Shown here one piece after another: positions 54,411 to 64,000 of a stretch of 64,000 bases of DNA. The first letter of the stretch is position 1; every line of letters starts with the position of its first letter. Below the pieces are notes generated by a model that saw only the letters and a program-made list of their open reading frames with translations, did not search any database and was not told the origin of the DNA. The DNA is from Cycas panzhihuaensis (Eukaryota; Plantae; Cycadophyta): assembly GCA_023213395.1 (NCBI GenBank), contig CM041465.1, positions 135,973,741 to 136,037,740 of the forward strand. The letters run 5' to 3'. The translations under genes were made by a program, and so were the position numbers.

Positions 54411-54471
54411 AAAATTGAGAATACTATGATTAATAGTTGAACAAGGGGACTTTTAACAAAGCTTTAAGGAT

Positions 54472-54573
54472 GCACGACACTCTACATGAACTCATACATG
54501 CACACATGACACTCTGCACAGACTCATACACGTATGCACGACACTCTACAAGGACTCATACACTCACACACGA
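54472..54573. repeat. 32-bp tandem repeat, ~3.2 copies
   Basis: GCACGACACTCTACATGAACTCATACATGCAC / ACATGACACTCTGCACAGACTCATACACGTAT / GCACGACACTCTACAAGGACTCATACACTCAC. Confidence 0.88.
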
Positions 54574-56980
54574 TAAATCAAGATCGAGATTTTTGAGTCA
54601 TGAGAGTTGAGTTTGTAATACATGTGTCAGTCTGATACATCACTCCTCTCCGAGTTTTTCTTCTATCTGCATCTTCGTCCATATCAATCTCAACCATTTA
54701 GGCTACTCATCAAGCCTACACAGACTCACACAACTCTTCAACACTGTTCTACAACAGTATTCTTGTGATCAACAGCTTATTTTTTTATAAAGTGAAGCTT
54801 CATTATTCTTCAGTCTATGCACTTCGTCAACTTTGTAGATGGTCAGTAAAGTATTGAACTTAATGCTTCTACTAATCTTTTTATTTATATGGAATTCAAG
54901 AGTTTCTATTATGGGTGTGATCATCTCATTGTCACTGCGGTTCTCCTCTGCAAATTCAACGATAACTACATAACAGCCATTGGCTCATTTTTTTTCATTT
55001 TTTCCTTTTACATACATATATATATATATGTATATATCTTATTAATTCATAAGTGCATCTCCCTATGTAAATACGAAGTTACATTTTTTATCATTACTTT
55101 TATCACGTTTTTTTATTACTTCGCGTTATCGGGCGATTCCTTTATCATATTTTATTTTTTTACTCTCTATAAAGTTTTTAAAAAATTAAATTATATTATA
55201 TAAAATTTTGAATTCAGTTGTTTTTAGGCTTATTAAAAGGGGTCTTGTTTTAAATTAAAAGTTACCTTTTTAACTTAATGAGCAAGTTCGCCCTCTTAGT
55301 AACGAAGGGGTTTATCTTATGTGAGGTCTTGAGTTTAACCCCTACCCAGTCTACCCTCAGGTTGACAATTCAAAGGGGTTATCTTAAGGATATAATACGT
55401 TTCCTTTTATTTTTTAAAATTTATTTTTAAGACATAAGGTGCCTGGCTATTTTCTGCCATATCTCTTCACTAGGATATTGGTTTCTGACAAAACTTGTCC
55501 TATTAAGTTCAAAAATTTTTGAGGTATAATTTAGACTGGTCATTTGCTATATTTGGAGCTGATTTAGCCTATTTTGAATTAGTTTAAGTCAATTCTTTTT
55601 AAAAAAGAGCTTTCTGTTAGAGTTTTAACATAAAAAGTACTTGCAGTTATTTTTATTATAATTTTTCTGTTACACATCAGAATTTAGTTTCATCAGTTTC
55701 ATTAGGAAACTAACTCATTCGTCTTCAAATTGACACTATTATTTATAAGTTTTAAGGTGTTCTTGTAGATTTTTAAAGCCATCAAATTTGAGATATATAA
55801 TAGCTTTCAATTTATCATTATTGCATATTTTTATATATTATTTCTCAAGTTTTTCAACTAAAAAATATATTAAGTAGATTTCTAAACTATATTTGATCAT
55901 TTTATATTATTTTATAAGATTTTTACTACCTTTTCATGATATTTTAAGTCCCAAGCTCCTGTTAAGCTTTAAAAGGTGGACTACATCTTTAGTAACATTA
56001 AAATTTTGACTTACAAGAAACCATTCATAAAATGGTCAATTTCATTATCTAGATATTTTATTAATCTTCACACATGTATAATTTCACCCTATTTTGATAT
56101 TGCTTAGTACAACTTTGAAGCTATTCAACTTGAACATTCAGTATATCTCAACAGGCTTATCTTCTAAATCTTTTTAAGGAGTACTTTATTTTATTTCTTA
56201 TTGATCACTTATAATACATGCTTGACATTTTTATTTGACTTTCATATAGCCTTTTTTAAGCTAACTTCTAGCAGACATTGATCATATACATCTTAAGCAA
56301 GTGACAAGCTAAGTGGTTTTACAACATAAATGGGTACAATTTGTTTTGTTTAAGTTTTTCTTCACATTTTTTTTATCTTTCAAAGTGAAAATATGCATAC
56401 ATTTTTTAAATTTTTTAGCATTATATATCTTTATCAAAACAAAAGGTTATTTTCTTGATCAAGTTTGTATTTATTTATTTGAAAAATCTAAAGCTTAAGG
56501 ATTCTTTATTTTTCATCATCAGAAGTCTTATTTCATATTTGCATAGTTAAAAGGATCTTAGTTACATTTAAAATTTGCTTATATATTTATTGTATTTCAA
56601 AGTTTATCTAAAATTATACTTTATAAGTTTGTCATTTATTTAAAAGGTATACACTTATTGAAAGTAATTTTTATTAGTTTTGAAAAGTTCATTTACTTCT
56701 TACACTTATAAAAGTTGCATCTAGTTTATTTACTTTTTAAAAGTATCTTTCATTTTTTAAAGGGCGTTGTATTTTTTCTTTTAAAAAATGTTTACTTACT
56801 TATCTCTTTCAAAGATTTTATTATTTATTTCATCTTGCTTAGAGGTTATTATTTTGGTTTCAAGTTTTTCTTTATTACATAAAAGGAATTTTTTTTATAC
56901 TCTAAGCAAGACTACACTATAAATTAATTTATTTTTCACATTAAATAAGATAATCTCGAATTAAACCACCCTATTTTTTT

Positions 56981-57413
56981 AGCCTTGTAAGGGGAACGGT
57001 TAGGACCCCTGAAGTTACCACTCCGCACATACTAATTAGCCTACTCATATTGAATGAGGATAGCCATTAGCTATCAGTTGTATTCGGTGGCAAGCTAAGG
57101 TGCAAAACATGTTCTTTTTATAGTGTTTAGAGACCAAGGCTAGACCTGAAGAGGGTGAGTGTCTTGGTTTGAGAACCTTCACTGCTAGATATGCCGCTAA
57201 GCATAAGTCTGGTGTAGGTAGACCAACAACTTAAGGGGGTGTAAAAACTTTCTTAGTAGTCTGCGTACTGAGGTATATAGAGCCTATCACTTACATATTA
57301 TTATATTAGGTCCTTGTTTTACCATCTTTGGGTAGGCACCACTAAACATGATAGCAATTGAAGGTTGCCCTAAGAGAAACTTAAATTTAGAGCCTAATAG
57401 CCTTAATAGGTCC
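56981..57413 (+). promoter_or_regulatory. Conserved structured non-coding leader block upstream of Copia gag (copy B, better preserved)
   Basis: GC-richer island in an AT-rich leader, homologous to 25966-26390; several complementary segments, e.g. TAGCCTTG 56980-56987 with CAAGGCTA 57135-57142. Confidence 0.75.
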
Positions 57414-57581
57414 TAGTTCACTTATTTAAAATTTTGGGAAAAATCTTAGGTATATATTTGGAAGTGAATTTTTATATTAAAACTTTTTCAAAATTTAAAT
57501 TCAAATATCTTTTTTCTTATATTCATATTTGACTTTTAAATTTTCATTTATCACATTTAATCAATACAACTTTAGTTCAAG

Positions 57582-60500
57582 ATGACGACTAGTTTTGAGA
57601 ACATGATTGTTCTAAAATTTGATAGAAAGATTTTTCTAAACTAGAGTAGGAGGATGAGACCCATCCTCATAACTAACGACATGTTGGATATTGTGAGAAC
57701 TAGTTACAACGAATTAGGACCAAATCCATTTGATCTAGAAAAGGTTACCTACAAGGAGAATGTAAAAAAAGATAATGAAGTCTTAGCCCTTATCTTTTGT
57801 GCACTAAAAGATCACATATTTCTAAGAGTTAGTGAATCAATTAAGTCCAAAGAAACTTGGGACACTTTACAGCTAATTTATGAAGGAGCAGCCTTCTCTA
57901 AATTACAAAACTTGATAAGTATGTTTGAAATTTTACGTATGATGCTTCATTAATCAGTAACAAAATTTATGACTAAAGTTCAAGATACTATAAACTAAAT
58001 GAGGTCACTTAGGGATACTTTAACTAAATAAAGGGTAGTTGAAAGGATCCTTATATGTGTAGAAGTTGTAAGATGTTTTGAAATGGTAGCTACTAGTATT
58101 AGTGTATCAAAGGATCTAAGTACCCTTAAAGTAGAATAACTTACTGCCATGCTCATATCTATAGAAGAGCAACAAAGTGTAAATGAATATTTACAACATG
58201 CCTTTGCTACAAAAGCCCATATTCAATCTAACTCCCAAGCAAGAACCTCAAGATAAAAGGAATCTCCTCCAAGAAGAAAGGGTAGAAATCCTAGAAGGGA
58301 AACTAGATAAGACTCTCTATGATATCAAGCCCCTCACCAAAAGAGGCAAGGAGGACCCTAACAACATGAAGATCTTCCAAGAAATACTAATCAATATAGA
58401 CAAATTAAGAATCATCCCTATTATCCACATTACCAAGGGAATTCTCAATCTTTAAGGATAAATTAGGAATATCATAACAATAGACCAAGGGACAACCCTC
58501 CTTAATCTTATGAGGAAAGGGGGAGATCTTTTAATATTGATCATTCTCAACTAAGAAGTTGAAGCCTAAGTTATAGGAGAAGAGATCCATTATATTGTAC
58601 TTATTGCAATAGAAATGGTCACACTAAAGATAAATATTTTTTAAAATATAGTCTACCATCTAGAGGACATGCTTCAAATTCATCGAAATCAAAGGTTAAT
58701 AACATGTTATTTTTATCCAGTTTTTCTACTAAAGAAGAAAAGGATGATAGCTAGTATATTAATTCAGGTTTCTTAATGTACATAATCGACAAAAACATTT
58801 ATTTTAAACCTTGGATAAAAATAGAAAAGGGTCAATCATGTTTGGAGACAATATTTCCCATGACTCATTTGGGAAAGGTAACATAGCCTTATAGACTAAT
58901 ATTGGTGAATATAGATACTTAGATGATGTCTTATATGTCCCTCCCCTAAGGAAGAACTTGTTATTAGTGGGATAGATGATGGCACAAGATTACAAGGTCA
59001 TTTTTTACAATGGTGAATGTTCCATCAAAGATAAGAAGAAAAATAAAGCTATTATTTCCAAAGGTATAATGACTAAGGATCATTTATTTAAGCTTATCTT
59101 CACTCCTTTAGATACCTATGCTCTTAGAACTTTAACTATCATGGATAGTGATTTGTGGCATAGACGGTTTGGTTATCTTAACTATAACAACTTGACTCTT
59201 ATGAAAGGTTATATATGGTTAATAGTTTACCACCCATTTAAGCCAATAAAAAGTTATGTAAGGGATGCTTTCTTGGTAAATAACATAGAGAAAGCTTTTT
59301 GAATTTTATCCATCGAGCATCTGCCCCTCTTTAACTAGTATGAACAGACATTTATGGATCAATGACTACTCCTTCCTTAGCAAGTGAAAAATACTTTCTC
59401 ACATTTATTGATGACTTCACAGGGAAGATATGGGTTTTCTTTCTAAGATATAAATCAGATGCTTTCGATTACTTTGTTAACTTCAAAACCTTTATTGAGC
59501 AACAAAGTGGATATCATATCCTATCTCAAGATTAGATAATGGGGGAGAGTTTATATCTAATACTTTTAAAAATTATTGTATCCACCATGGGATCAAGAGA
59601 CAATTTACCAACACCTACACCCCACAACAAAATGGTGTAGTGGAAAGAAAAAATTGAACTATCATTGAAATTGCATGATGTATGCTTAAGGATAAAAACT
59701 TGGGCCATGAATTTCAGGCTGAAATAGTTCATACAACTGTCTACCTACTCAACAGATATTCCACCAAAGCTCTTAGGTAGAAAACTTCAGAAGAAACATG
59801 GACTGATTATAAACCAAGTATACATCATCTCAGGGTATTTAGATGTCTAGTATATGCTCATATTCCTAATCAAAGAAGAACCAAGTTGGATGACCATAGT
59901 GTCAAATGTATCTTCATTGGCTATAGTGAATCTTTAAAATTCCACAAAGTGTATGATCTGAAATCAAGAAAAGTTATGGTGAGTAGAGACGTCAAGTTTT
60001 AAGAAGACACGTACTACTAAGATAATCAGGAAAAGTTGAGGGAGATTGCCATTAAATTTGACACATCAAGTAAGTCCAAATATATGTCTCTTATCTCAAG
60101 AAATATCCAGGAACCAACTACAAAGGGTGCTCCATCTCAACAGCTACCCAAATGGGTTCATTGTAACCATGACTTGGGAAATATATTGAATAACAATAGA
60201 AGATCCACATGCTCACATAGGGTCAACTTTGCTCTAATGAGCAAGGTACTCAAAATTCATAAGCCTCAAACTTTTGATGAGGTTAATTAATATGAATGTT
60301 AGCAGAAAACCATGAAAGAGGAATATAAGTCCATTATTAAGAATGATACTTGGGAACTCATAGACTTACCACCAAAGAAGAAAGCTATTAGCACCAAATG
60401 GGTCTATAAGATCAAGTTCAACTTAGATGGTTTCATCGACAAATATAAAGTTAGATTGGTCATAAAAGAATATGCCCAAAGAGAAGGCATGGACTATACC

Positions 60501-61799
60501 GAAACATTTGCCACTATCGTTAGGATGGAATCTATTCACATGATGATGAGTTTAGTCACCTAAATAGGTTGGAAAGTTTATCAAATGGATGTGAAAAGTG
60601 ATTTCTTAAATGGTTATATCAAAGAAGATATTTATGTCACTTAACCCTTCGATTTTGAAGCCAGGGGGAAGAAAACAAAGTGTATAATTTAAAGAAGGCA
60701 TTATATGGTCTAAAACAAGCACCCAGAGCTTATTATTCCTACATAGACAAGTATTTTAGAGATCGAGGACTTGAAAGATCTCAAGCATATCTAAATTTAT
60801 ACACCCAAATCAAGGGAAGTTCAATATTGATTGTAAGACTCTATATGGATGATTTAATCTATACTAGAAATGACTCCCATCTTTTACATCAGTTTAAAGA
60901 TGATATGTGTAAGGAATTCAAGATGAGAGATTTAAGCCTCATGCATTACTTTCTACAATTGGAAGCCTAGCAGGACAAACAATGAATCTTCATCTCTCAA
61001 TGCAAATATATATTGGATCTAATACAAAGATTCAGAATGACAAATCGCAAACCATTGACAATACCAACAGATATTGGAATCAAACTTTCTAAGACGAATG
61101 ACTCAACTTCGATTGATCCCACTCTCTATAGATGGCTCATTGGCAGCCTAATATATTTGATATTTACTCAACTAGATATAACATATTTAGTCAATGTTAT
61201 GTCTAGGTTCATGCAGGATCCAAAGACGTCTCATTGGCAAATTGCTAGAAGAATCTTTTGATACCTTAAAGGGACTTCAGACTTTGGGTTATATTACAAA
61301 GCACCTCCAAATTTTAGTTGACTGGTTACACAGATTCAGATTGGGCAGGTGATGTTGATGATAGAAAATCTACAATAGGTTATGTATTTAATATGGGATC
61401 AGTAGCAATAGCTTAGAGTATAAAGAAATAAAATATTGTTTCCTTATCCATAGCCAAGGTAGAATATAAAGCTGTTGTTGCAGGAGCTTGTGAATCAATA
61501 TAGCTAAGAAGACTTTTATAAGATTTTCAAAATAAACAACAAGGTCCCACTATAATTTAGTGTGACAATCAAAGCACTATCTAAATGGCCGAAAATCTGG
61601 TATTCCATGGCAGAACAAAATATATTGAGACTAAACACCACTTCATCCAGGAACTTATACAAGCAGATGAGATCAAGTTAGCTTATTACAGTATTGAAGA
61701 TCAAATAGTAGATATTTTCACAAAGGCTTTGGGAAAGACCAAATTTGAGAAGTTTACAGACAATTTGAGAGTCGTACACATTAGGATTATGGGGGAGAA
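57582..61799 (+). pseudogene. Copia gag-pol polyprotein, multiple stops and frameshifts
   Basis: ATG at 57582; knuckle CTYCNRNGHTKD; LWHRRFGYLN; TPQQNGVVERKN; KNDTWELIDLP...KWVYKIK; LKKALYGLKQAPRA; LYMDDL; GYTDSDWAG; DIFTKAL. Confidence 0.96.
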
Positions 61800-64000
61800 T
61801 GTTGGGACTAACTCCCAATATTATTAAAAGACCTGTATGCCTAGGGCCCCTCAAAGGCACCTTTGAGGCCCCCTAGGGTACCTTAAGCCTCCCAATAGCC
61901 ACCATGAGCTGACACTAGAATGGTAAAAATTTATTTTCTAAGTGAGGGTCACTCCTCTTCCCTACTCAAATCTTGAAAAAAGATTCCTTCTAACTTTAAG
62001 GATAAAAGGGATGGAGTCACCTCTATAATATTTTAAACCTTTAAAAATGGTAATATTATGAAGTATTAGGTATACATATACCCTCACTCAACCCCCAAAA
62101 CCAAAATCTCTCACTTGTCTTTGATCTATTAGATGTATTAGGCAAGTAAGATAATAACCTTAAGTGTTGAAAGAAAGTATAGTTTCCTAATACTTATTTA
62201 ATTTAGAAAAATAAATAGATAAGGCATAATAAAAAAGAATATTCTTTTTATATATTATCTTTCCTAATATAAATAGGAACTTCATGCATCTACAATTATT
62301 AAAACAACAAAGTAGGTAAGCAGAAATGGTAAAATTGTATATTTAAGTAAGTAATTAAGCAAATAGAAGAGTCAAGGATTTGGCTTAACTATAAATACTC
62401 CATATTTGTTTCTCTTTAGTAATTTTTCTCCTCAAAGTCATGTGATTCTTTATGTGGATATAGGTGACTTAGTCAAAATATTACATATTATAAGATGGTA
62501 TCTTATTTATCTATTATAATAGCTTAGGATTAAGAGGGGGATGCGAAGATAAAGATACCAAAAGAAGACCTTCTTTTATTCATGGTAAAGGAAAGAAAGT
62601 TAGACATAAGCCAAATATAAGAGGAAATCAAGAGTAGACAAGTAAAATTACAACTTAAGTAGGGTGGACCCACTCAAAATTACTCAAGAACTAAGGTTGA
62701 GGTGTTTAAGTCAATGAAGGAAGGCCCTATGGCCCCTGTTAGGACATTGTGTGCCTTGTGTAGATGGATGCAAGTGAAATAATACAAAAGACGAATGTTG
62801 TTTATTAATTAAAGAGGTGTTAAAAGTAAAATAAAGTGAATGCCTATTAATAATGTAATTAGAGAATAAATTAGAAAATAAATCATGCATGCTAAATAAA
62901 TCAAATAAAGAGCTAACCATGAAAACCCTTTTGAAAGAGGCATATAACACATGAGAAATTTTTAAAAATTAGGATGGTTATCAAAGTAGTTATTCTCTAA
63001 AGTTATCACGATTCTATGGTCCTATTCGATAGTGAACTCCATCAAAGGTGGTGATCTCTTCTAATTCCATCCCACTAATGAATATATACAATGAACTCAA
63101 TAGATTAGAAAGGGGGGATTATTTAAGGGAAATAAATTATATGAAGTTAGACCATGCTTAGGGTGGGTATGCACACAATAAAGAAATCTAATTAATACAA
63201 AGCTTATTATCTATGGGTTTAGAGACTGATCACAACATATGTAAATCCTCTTCATGCCATAGATTCATAATATATGTATAATTTGATTTAGGCCTTGTTC
63301 CTTTCCATTCTTTTCTTTTGTGATTTAACTATATGGAAAAAAGAAAAAGGAGGAGAGATCTAGTATATGTAAACATATATCTTAGAAACTATAAATAACT
63401 AAAACACTTTTCTTTTTCTTTATTTAAAAAAGAGATAAGTGAGAGAAAATTATTTGATTTTTAAATGAATCTAGAAAAATCAACTTTTTTATTTACTTTT
63501 CTTTTAATGAAACTATGTTGAAAATGATATAAGAAGGGATGAGATTCTATTGATATAAAGCCAACACTAATTTATCACCTTTTAGCTTGTTAATTTCTCC
63601 TTCTTCACCACATAGGATAATACAATCACCTAAATTTAGTTATTAGATGCTAGTGAAATCTAGGAAAAATTTTATAGTAATTTTTCTTATTATATTAACC
63701 TATAATAGAATAAAGTTTTTGTGCTTTATAAAAAGAATAGAAATAAGCATTAACTCCATGTCCTCTCTTATGAGAATTGTTAAAAATACTACCCAACTAA
63801 TGTAAATATTAAGCATAAATCTTTTATTATTTTGGGCCAACAGATGTTTATTTTTAGGTCTTATAGATCTATATATATCTGAAGATCTCCTTGTACTATA
63901 AAGCTTTTGGATCAATGTCATCGAATATTCTAAAGTAGGTTTTCCCATTGGATATCCATGCATATTTGTTTCTAAGATTAGTATATACGTTCAATATAGT

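Larger units (their letters stand above)
48456..61917 (+). mobile_element. Ty1/copia element: LINE-split 5' LTR (48456-53247), 4.3-kb leader, decayed gag-pol, truncated 3' LTR (61800-61917)
   Basis: TGTTGGGACTAAC...ATTAAAAGACCTGT...GACACTA is shared by 48456 and 61800. Degenerate iMet PBS TAGTATTAGAGT at 53250-53261; PPT GGGGGAGAA at 61791-61799. Confidence 0.9.

Noticed and set aside
54472-54573. CRISPR-like 32-bp repeats
   Set aside because: Head-to-tail degenerate copies without spacers.
56981-57413. Hammerhead ribozyme or group II intron as the identity of the leader module
   Set aside because: No CTGANGA...GAAA core in the proper stem context and no convincing domain V seen by eye.
61913-61925. 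CACTA transposon end truncating the 3' LTR
   Set aside because: GACACTA is native LTR sequence (also at ~48566); no matching terminus or subterminal repeats seen.
62000-64000. ORFs 62711-62950 and 63700-63963
   Set aside because: Low-complexity AT-rich frames with no motifs; probably unrecognisable repeat debris.

Overview
AT-rich, strongly CpG-depleted eukaryotic DNA. It looks like heterochromatic land-plant genome; a gymnosperm-like host is inferred from element types and decay pattern. Almost all of it is decayed, nested retroelements. 1-18 kb is a tandem array of a chimeric ~4.3-kb unit: a Ty3/gypsy gag with four Zn-knuckle-like motifs joined to a short Met-PBS LTR cassette, interrupted by a 5'-truncated L1 LINE. 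Next come an internally deleted gypsy element (18.1-23.6 kb), a decayed Copia (26-31 kb), a chromovirus-type gypsy (31.9-37.7 kb) and a gag-only non-autonomous LTR element with a perfect 5-bp TSD (38.7-42.5 kb). The only host gene is a five-exon NEN-family DEDDh exonuclease that appears pseudogenised, in a CpG-rich island (43.6-44.8 kb). A large Copia element (48.5-61.9 kb) has a second L1 in its 5' LTR and a 4.3-kb leader. The most notable items are a ~430-nt non-coding, hairpin-rich block conserved upstream of gag in two diverged Copia elements (candidate IRES or packaging RNA) and a CpG-retaining antisense coding-like segment in the Copia leader with weak caulimovirid-like features. Coordinates were read by eye; ends of very decayed elements are approximate.
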